A stretch of DNA of 62,676 nt, the filler included, from Actinomycetota bacterium (lineage in GTDB: Bacteria > Actinomycetota > Acidimicrobiia > IMCC26256 > VFJJ01), in the NCBI GenBank assembly GCA_009886115.1. It is 6 parts of 6 records of this genome, joined end to end, with 100 filler letters (N's around TTAATTAATTAA, not from the genome) between each part and the next. Parts side by side here need not be neighbours in the genome. Positions count along the whole stretch, not along the records: positions 53,610 to 61,235 come from VFJJ01000195.1; positions 61,336 to 62,676 come from VFJJ01000023.1; 4 more parts are not named here. One strand, written 5' to 3'. The stretch's first letter is position 1. Every line of letters begins with the position of its first letter. Position numbers and translations under genes: made by a program. Positions 56,621-62,676 of this stretch are shown piece after piece. The notes beneath the pieces are model-generated. The model was not told the origin of the DNA and ran no database searches. It saw nothing but the letters and a program-made list of their open reading frames with translations.

Positions 56621-58527
56621 GAGTTAATCCTCGCGGGCGCGGTGTTCGGCAACTCGGCGATCCAGCCGACGACGGTCTCGATGGCGTGATCTTGCGACTC
56701 GAGGGAAGCGAACCCGTGGAGATCTCCGGGCTTCTCCCGCACCTGTACCATCTCGCCGGCACGGGCAAGGCACGCGGCCAACACGCCGTCTCGGTGGGCT
56801 TCGAACGCCTCACGCTGAATGTCGTCTTCGCCGAGCACCACGAGCACGCGCGTTCCCGCATCGAGCACCGTGCTCAGATCGGAGACGACCCGGTCGAGCC
56901 GGCGCTCTCGAGCCGAACGGAGCTCGACCCGGACGGCAGGTGGCTCGCGACGCATGCGAGCAGTGACGCGCCGCACCTTGGCCCGCGCGCCCTTCCGGTA
57001 CACCGCTCGAGTAGCCGGGTGGAACCAGCCCTTGAGCACCGACGGTCGCACGTTCATGGCGATGAGCTGACGCGTCGACAGCGCATCGACTGCGGCAACG
57101 ACCTTGCTGGAGGCCCCTCCTTCGTGGGGGAGCGACAACGACACCAGTCCGACACCGTGCACCGGTACTTGACCGGCAGCCGCCGCGGCGAGTCCTGTGT
57201 GGGCGCCGAAGCAGAACCCGACGAAGACGACACCATCGGCCCCGCTATCGAGGAGATGGCGTGCAGCGGCGACGGCCTCTTCGACGAGGGGCTCGTCGAG
57301 CCGGAACGTCTCGAGCTCACCGGCGCTCTCGCCCATGCCTCGCCAGTCGATCCGGACGACGCGATGTCCCTGAGCGGCGATCCGTCGACCCAAGCGCACA
57401 AAGATTCGGTTGCAGTTGGTGGAGCTGCCGTACCAGCCGCCCGGGAGTAGCACCACACCCGTCGATGACGACGGGGGGTCGTGCGGCGACGACTCGACCG
57501 CGAAGATCGGCCCCGCCGGTGTCTCGAGGTACAGGGGACGCTCGATGAGCTTGGGGATCGCACACGCTGAAGCGGTCATCGCGCCACCCTGAGTGTGCCC
57601 CGAGAGCCTTGGCAGCCCGGCCACTACGCCGGGGGAACCGAGATGGTCGACCGTCACCGATATTGCCTCGACGCCCGAGAGCGCCACGGCGACGCTCCCG
57701 CCTCTCGCCGATGAGCCGAACCACCACCCGGTCTGGTCGACGACCGCTGTCGCCGTCACATCGTGTCCGCGAGTGTGCCAACGCTCGACGAGAGCAGCCG
57801 TCTCCCGCCGCACCGTCTGCTTGCTCCCGAGCTGCACGACGAGGATACGACGTGGGTCATCGGGCAACACGTCGTCGAGACCGGACCCGGCGAACGAGAG
57901 ACGAAGTCGCTGCGTCACGTCATAGCCGAGAACGTCGATGCTGGACGCAGATTCGAGCCTGTCGTTGAGCTCAGCAGCATTCGCGCCGCTCACGTCACCC
58001 TGCCGCATGCCGCGAAGCCGAAAGGCCCGGAAGACCTCGTGGAGATAACGGTCGATGTCGAGCACCGGCTCCCAAAGTACCAGGCCCGAACCCGGGAGAT
58101 CTCGCGCAGCCTTCGCCGCGACGATCGCCCCCAGGCGGATCCCGAGGAAGGTCACGTGGGTCACGCCGGTCGTCGAGCGGAGCCGGTCGGCTGCCCACCG
58201 GGTGTCGTCCACCAGGGTGTCGAGCCCGACTGCCAGCGGGTCGCCGTCGCTGTGCCCGAATCCGCCGTAGTGGAACCGCTGGACGGGGATCCCCACTCGG
58301 GCCAGGGCCCAGCCCAGGAGGTGTTCCCGCCGATAGGTTCGATTGGCCTCCATGTGCAAGGGCGAGCACACGACGACACCATGGGTTCGGACCGTGTCAC
58401 GGTCCCTCGGCGGCTCGTGAAGGAGCAAGAGACGCGACGGAGCAAGATCGTCGCCATACGCAACGTGCAACGTGGCCCCGAGCTCGTCGATGATTCTCTG
58501 GGGGTCGAGAAAACGTCGTGTGCTCAT
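56617..58527 (-). CDS. Double alpha/beta-hydrolase (fused hydrolase-2 + hydrolase-1 type)
   Basis: Domain 1: RFHYGGFGHSDGD, FLGIRLGA, LWEPV; domain 2: RIDWRGMGESAG, VGFCFGA, LHGF. Confidence 0.75.
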   Translation of the reverse strand: MSTRRFLDPQRIIDELGATLHVAYGDDLAPSRLLLLHEPPRDRDTVRTHGVVVCSPLHMEANRTYRREHLLGWALARVGIPVQRFHYGGFGHSDGDPLAVGLDTLVDDTRWAADRLRSTTGVTHVTFLGIRLGAIVAAKAARDLPGSGLVLWEPVLDIDRYLHEVFRAFRLRGMRQGDVSGANAAELNDRLESASSIDVLGYDVTQRLRLSFAGSGLDDVLPDDPRRILVVQLGSKQTVRRETAALVERWHTRGHDVTATAVVDQTGWWFGSSARGGSVAVALSGVEAISVTVDHLGSPGVVAGLPRLSGHTQGGAMTASACAIPKLIERPLYLETPAGPIFAVESSPHDPPSSSTGVVLLPGGWYGSSTNCNRIFVRLGRRIAAQGHRVVRIDWRGMGESAGELETFRLDEPLVEEAVAAARHLLDSGADGVVFVGFCFGAHTGLAAAAAGQVPVHGVGLVSLSLPHEGGASSKVVAAVDALSTRQLIAMNVRPSVLKGWFHPATRAVYRKGARAKVRRVTARMRREPPAVRVELRSARERRLDRVVSDLSTVLDAGTRVLVVLGEDDIQREAFEAHRDGVLAACLARAGEMVQVREKPGDLHGFASLESQDHAIETVVGWIAELPNTAPARINS

Positions 58528-58866
58528 CGCTCCGTACCGTCTGGTGAGGAAGGCCTGTCGATTCCATCGCCACGGGCGGGTTCGTCGACGCTGTACCAAA
58601 GGCCCCTGTCGGTCGAGGCGAAACCAGTACGAGGCTCGACCGGGAGTGTGGCATTCGGTCGTGGCCAGAAGCCAGCGTTTCTCGACCCTCTCTCGGATTC
58701 GGCCGCGATTCGAGCGGTTCGTCCGGTTCGACCCGACACCCTGTTCCGCGCCTCCACGGTGGCTATCGACCGCGCCGACGACGGCATGCAGCGAGCTCGG
58801 CGACGACCAGCCCCGACGAGGACACTCCGCGACGAGTCACGCGGGTCGTGGGAGCTCGCTTGTTGA

Positions 58867-58942
58867 TGGTGGGCCCGGCAGGGATCGAACCTGCGACCGA
58901 GGGATTATGAGTCCCCTGCTCTGACCGCTGAGCTACGGGCCC
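58867..58942 (-). tRNA. tRNA with CAT anticodon, most likely tRNA-Ile2 (lysidine)
   Basis: GGGCCCGTAGCTCAGCGGTCAGAGCAGGGGACTCATAATCCCTCGGTCGCAGGTTCGATCCCTGCCGGGCCCACCA; full cloverleaf, paired 1-72, encoded CCA. Confidence 0.92.
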
Positions 58943-58994
58943 TGATCTGATGGGTGACGAAAAACGCCCCCGTGTCTCCCACCCGGCGAACCGC

Positions 58995-59380
58995 TGGCGG
59001 CATTCGAAGCAAGCACGACGGTTGGGCGGTACAGCTGCGCATCGGCACCGATCCTCGAACAGGGACGCCCCGTCGGGTCTCACGTTCCTTCGTGAGACCC
59101 AAGCCGACGCCGAGCAGGTCCTGCTCGAGCTCCGCTGCCAACACCTCGAGGGCCGGCTCGCCACGGTCGATGCCACGGTCGCTGAGCTGATCGCCGCCTG
59201 CCTGGAGGTCGCAGGGCCCCGGTTGTCGTCCACGACGTTGCAGGGCTACCGGTCGAAGATCACCACGCACCTGCTCCCGGCGCTCGGAGACATCCCGCTC
59301 CGAAAGCTGCGCTCTCCACACCTCGATCGCCCTCTAGAGGATGCCGATCGCCGCGCCGCCGAGATCATTGGCGGCACGTC
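58995..59380 (+). pseudogene. Tyrosine integrase relic (frameshifted, catalytic domain deleted)
   Basis: GWAVQLRIGTDPRTG.PRRVSRSF / TQADAEQVL...TVAELI...LSSTTLQGYRSKITTHLLPALGDIPLRKL then EDADRRAAEIIG. Confidence 0.75.
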
Positions 59381-59547
59381 TCAGCACCATGGGGAGTAAC
59401 GACGCTGGGTCACCACACCGGTGTTCCCTTCGCTCGTCACGCAACTGTACGCGTGTCACCTCCTCCGACAGCGTGAAGATCGACGGGAACGCGGCGGCGA
59501 CCGTCTCAGATCACGTCCTCGCACACGATCTCCGACCGTGCTGAGGC

Positions 59548-59922
59548 TCATGGCCAGGTATGGACGACCGGGGCTGCAGGGCCGAACATCGCGGTCAGGA
59601 TGGCGATGTCGTCTGGGTCGCCGGTGAGGATGTCGTGTCCGAGGCGGACGGCGCAGATGACGAGATGGGCGTCGACGACATCTGATGTTCTCGCCAGGGC
59701 GAGCAGGCGGCCGACGGGCCGACCGTCGTCGAAGGGGTGAACGGTGATGGCCTTCAGGAAGGCGGCCAGGCGTGCTTGACGCGGGCCGTCTCGCCAGACT
59801 TGGGCGACGACGGGATGCGAGGTGTGCAGCGCGGTTCCTGTCCGCTCGGCGGCCGCGAGGAAGGCGTGGGCGGTCTTCTCGCTGCGGTCGATGGAGATGA
59901 GTAACCCGGCGTCAAGGATCAC
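59548..59922 (-). CDS. PIN-domain (VapC-like) toxin
   Basis: ILDAGLLI, VVAQVWR, DVVDAHLV, ILTGDPDD. Confidence 0.85.
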   Translation of the reverse strand: MILDAGLLISIDRSEKTAHAFLAAAERTGTALHTSHPVVAQVWRDGPRQARLAAFLKAITVHPFDDGRPVGRLLALARTSDVVDAHLVICAVRLGHDILTGDPDDIAILTAMFGPAAPVVHTWP

Positions 59923-60146
59923 AGACCGTATCGGTCAGCCATCGCCGCGATGTCCGCGTCATCGATCGGACCTTCGTGGGTGTCCCAATCGGTGAGAAAG
60001 GTGCGTAGGGCGTCTTGCCGGCGGCGGTCGGCCGCGAGGTTGCGGAGGGCTTGGCGTATGGCGCTGGATCGGCCGCCGTACTCCGGAGCGAGCATGTCGA
60101 GGAGAGCTTCGTCTTCGTCGTCGAGTCGGACCGTGGTGGTACTCAT
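59919..60146 (-). CDS. RHH antitoxin
   Basis: MSTTTVRLDDEDEALLDML...GGRSSAIRQAL; GTGA overlap with the toxin. Confidence 0.85.
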   Translation of the reverse strand: MSTTTVRLDDEDEALLDMLAPEYGGRSSAIRQALRNLAADRRRQDALRTFLTDWDTHEGPIDDADIAAMADRYGL

Positions 60147-60155
60147 GACCCGACC

Positions 60156-60173
60156 GTAGCACGGACGTGCTAC
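60156..60173. promoter_or_regulatory. Palindromic operator over the -10 of the RHH/PIN operon
   Basis: GTAGCACG-GA-CGTGCTAC, overlapping TACGGT located 6 nt before ATG. Confidence 0.7.
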
Positions 60174-60240
60174 ACCTGTGAAGCGATCCTTCGCGGGCGT
60201 AAGAGCCGATGCGAGAACTCGGCGGGCCCGCACGGCGGGT

Positions 60241-60828
60241 CTACCGATGCGTCGCCGAGCCGCGATCGACGAGCACCTCGCCGTGCTGGTTCAGTACTCG
60301 GAACCAAACGGCGCCGTCCTCGCCGGCCGGCCCGCCGGTGCCCGACCAGATCTCGGTGCAGAGCTCGTCGCCGTTGTAGCCGGCGTTGACGAACCGGCCG
60401 CCGATCGACATCAGCCGGTGCGGATGGCCCAGCACCGCGGTCACGATCGCGTGCGTCGCAATGCCGAGCATGTTCTGGCCCGTGAGGATCGGCGCACGAA
60501 ATCCTGCTCGGCGCGCGAAGGTCGGATCGACGTGCAGCCGGTTGGCGTCGTTCCCCCCGTGTCGGTATAGCAGCGTCTGGACCGGCGACGTGAGACACCG
60601 CACGGTGTGATCGGGCGATCGGTCGGGCAATGTGGTTGATGGCCCGGCCGGCTGTCGGGCCCCGCCGAAGTTGCCGGCGCCGGCGTCGTGCACTACGAGC
60701 ATGTCGACACCCACTCCGCCGACCACGCGTCGATGGGTGAAGTCCTGGTAGCACTGCGTTCTGGCCGTTCCGACGGCTGAGCTGCAACGGATGAGGCGAT
60801 CCTCGGTCGTCAAGACCGGCACCGACAC
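60241..60828 (-). pseudogene. MaoC-like R-hydratase, N-terminus truncated or degenerate
   Basis: LLYRHGGNDANRLHVDPTFARRAGFRAPILTG hydratase-2 motif; short, divergent N-terminal hot-dog domain. Confidence 0.6.
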
Positions 60829-60928
60829 CGTCGATACGACGGTCGTGAACCCGTCGCGCGGCGACCGCGCTCAGACCGTCACGCGCGGCGCGCCTGGGCC
60901 GGTCCCTGTGCCCCATACGCGACATGAG

Positions 60929-61235
60929 GTGCCGGTCGTCAGTGCCACCCCCGCGCCTGCCGCCGCTACCGCGTCTGCCGCGCCGCTTCCGGTCGATCCG
61001 GCGTGGAACCGGCGGCTGCTAGAGCTGTCGTGTGCGATCAACGGCGTGTCGCTGATGATGCCGGCCGTCGAGCCCTATTTCATCCGCTCGATCCGAGCAG
61101 TCCAGGCCTCACTCGACCCGGCGCTCGTACTGGCGACCAACCGTTTGGTCGCCGAAGAAGCGCACCACCACACCGAGCACCGTCGTTTCAACGCCCTCGT
61201 GCGAGCCCGCTACCCCGCCGTCGCACGCTTGGAAC
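60929..61235 (+). CDS. Predicted metal-dependent hydrolase, 5' fragment (cut by contig end; start uncertain)
   Basis: NGVSLMMPAVEPYFIRSIR...EEAHHHTEHRRFN. Confidence 0.75.
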
Positions 61236-61335
61236 NNNNNNNNNNNNNNNNNNNNNNNNNNNNNNNNNNNNNNNNNNNNTTAATTAATTAANNNNNNNNN
61301 NNNNNNNNNNNNNNNNNNNNNNNNNNNNNNNNNNN

Positions 61336-61411
61336 CGTCAACGCCAAGGTCAAGGGTCGAGCCGACGGCAAGACCGTCGCCGACCTCGTGAAGGCCCGCT
61401 TGGGCGGCTGA
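61336..61411 (+). CDS. GatB/YqeY domain protein, 3' end
   Basis: VNAKVKGRADGKTVADLVKARLGG-stop. Confidence 0.7.
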
Positions 61412-61434
61412 ATCCGCCGCGTCACCAGTCGGAG

Positions 61435-61461
61435 CTATCTGATTACCTCACCCCGCTGCAT
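61435..61461 (-). pseudogene. 9-codon stub of a deleted mazF
   Basis: MQRGEVIR-stop overlapping the antitoxin end; compare MKRGEVW and RRGEVW of the intact mazF genes in this window. Confidence 0.65.
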
Positions 61462-61699
61462 CGGCCCAGTCCGACCAGTCCTCGGCCGGCCCCCAGTCGG
61501 CGATCCGGGCGATCGCCTGTTCACCTTCGTCCAACGGCGTGCGATCCCACGCTGCCACCTCGGTCTCGGCGGCCAGGCGCACGAGCTGCCTGTGCAGTGC
61601 CTCCCGCAGGAGCTCCGAGCGGTCGACCCCCAAGAGGGTGGCCCATCGCTGGATCGCACGAGCCTCGGCCTCATCGACCCGAAAGCTGAGCATCGTCAT
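61448..61699 (-). CDS. Orphan RHH (MazE-like) antitoxin
   Basis: MTMLSFRVDEAEARAIQRWATLLGVDRSELLREALHR...WGPAEDWSDW. Confidence 0.82.
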   Translation of the reverse strand: MTMLSFRVDEAEARAIQRWATLLGVDRSELLREALHRQLVRLAAETEVAAWDRTPLDEGEQAIARIADWGPAEDWSDWADAAG

Positions 61700-61759
61700 A
61701 CATCCAGAATGACATGTACGACGCCGGTCGCCAAGGTTCGACCGGTCGGTCGCCGAGGC

Positions 61760-62676
61760 TCAGTAGGCGTCGGGATCAGCTTGCACGGCGGCGGGCACGG
61801 GATGGCGGTACAGGCGCGAGGCGTTCTCCCACGTGATCATGCGCACGGCGTCGGCCGGCAGATGGCCGATCTCGCGCTCGATCACCGCCTGGGTGCGGGG
61901 CCAGGTCGAGTCGCAATGCGGGTAGTCGGATTCGAGCAGGATGTGGCCCGTCCCGATGCGGTCGCGCTGGTCGAACGACGACGGATCTTCGACGGCGCAG
62001 AACCAGAAGTTGCGCTGCATCACCTCGGCCGGTGTGAGGTCGAAGGTCCAGGTGCCGTACATGGCGTGATAGCCGAGCATGTGGTCGAGCCGGTCGAGGA
62101 GCCCGGCCACCCAGCCGATCCCGCCTTCCGACATGCAGATCTTCAAGCCGGGGAACCGCACGGGATACAGCGAGTAGAGCCAGTCGACCGCGGCGAACAT
62201 CGCGTAGCCGAAGAACAGCACGCCGGTGACGTCGGGCGGGGCGTCGTCGGTCGTGGTCGGTGACGATCCCGACGAGCCGATGTGCAGGTTGATGACGGTT
62301 CCGGTCTCGGCGCAGGCCTCGATGAAGGGGTCCCAGTAGCCGCTGTGCAGGGTGGGGAACCCATGCGCCGCTGGCGATTCGGGGAAGGTGACCGCCTTGA
62401 ACCCTCGGTCGGCGTTCTCGCGGATCATCGCCCCAGCCACGTCGGCGTCGAGCAGCCACGGGATCTGGCACGGGATCATCCGCTCGGGGTGCCGACCGCA
62501 CCAGGCCTCGAGGTGCCAGTCGTTCCAGGCCCGCACCGTGGCCATGGCCAGCTCGCGGTCGGGGGTCAACAGGGCGAAGCGCTGCCCTGCGAAACCGGGG
62601 AGGAACGACGGGAAGTTCACCGACGCGTAGATGCCGTTGAGATCCATGTCGGCGACACGGGCGTCGACGTCCCATG
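61760..62676 (-). CDS. Amidohydrolase_2 family protein (5' end beyond window)
   Basis: NFPS, RAWNDWH, NLHIGS, SEGGIGW, ESDYPHCDSTWP. Confidence 0.92.
   Translation of the reverse strand, partial: WDVDARVADMDLNGIYASVNFPSFLPGFAGQRFALLTPDRELAMATVRAWNDWHLEAWCGRHPERMIPCQIPWLLDADVAGAMIRENADRGFKAVTFPESPAAHGFPTLHSGYWDPFIEACAETGTVINLHIGSSGSSPTTTDDAPPDVTGVLFFGYAMFAAVDWLYSLYPVRFPGLKICMSEGGIGWVAGLLDRLDHMLGYHAMYGTWTFDLTPAEVMQRNFWFCAVEDPSSFDQRDRIGTGHILLESDYPHCDSTWPRTQAVIEREIGHLPADAVRMITWENASRLYRHPVPAAVQADPDAY

Overview
High-GC Actinomycetota DNA (gene content suggests Acidimicrobiia; this is an inference). It is a concatenation of six contigs joined by artificial 100-nt N/TTAATTAATTAA/N spacers (6517-6616, 21686-21785, 32374-32473, 53510-53609, 61236-61335), so adjacency across spacers means nothing. 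Contig 1: three different toxin-antitoxin (TA)-like pairs alternating with relics of an Ig-like repeat, then scpA-scpB-rluB-aroH-tyrA. Contig 2: an IS21-like end in a vapC, a tRNA-Arg(TCT) 3' att remnant, mazEF, several gene relics, SelO/YdiU, two CMD/AhpD-like genes (one with an in-frame TGA in a CxxU motif followed by a SECIS-like hairpin), and an acyl-CoA ligase split by an intact IS1634. Contigs 3-4: mostly metabolic genes (P450, fused E1 alpha/beta, homospermidine synthase, TauD, ACAD, SDRs, PLP decarboxylase, S9 peptidase, MMPL/TetR), a DUF222-HNH pseudogene with a LexA box, and a RES-type TA. Contig 5: a double alpha/beta-hydrolase + ACP + adenylating ligase + chorismate-lyase-like cluster beside tRNA-Ile2(CAT), an integrase relic and a VapBC. 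Contig 6: an orphan antitoxin with a 9-codon mazF stub. Best leads: the candidate CxxU selenoprotein, the ACP-dependent aroyl-transfer cluster, and the TA array with Ig-relic spacers. All product calls come from motif recognition by eye; no database searches were run.
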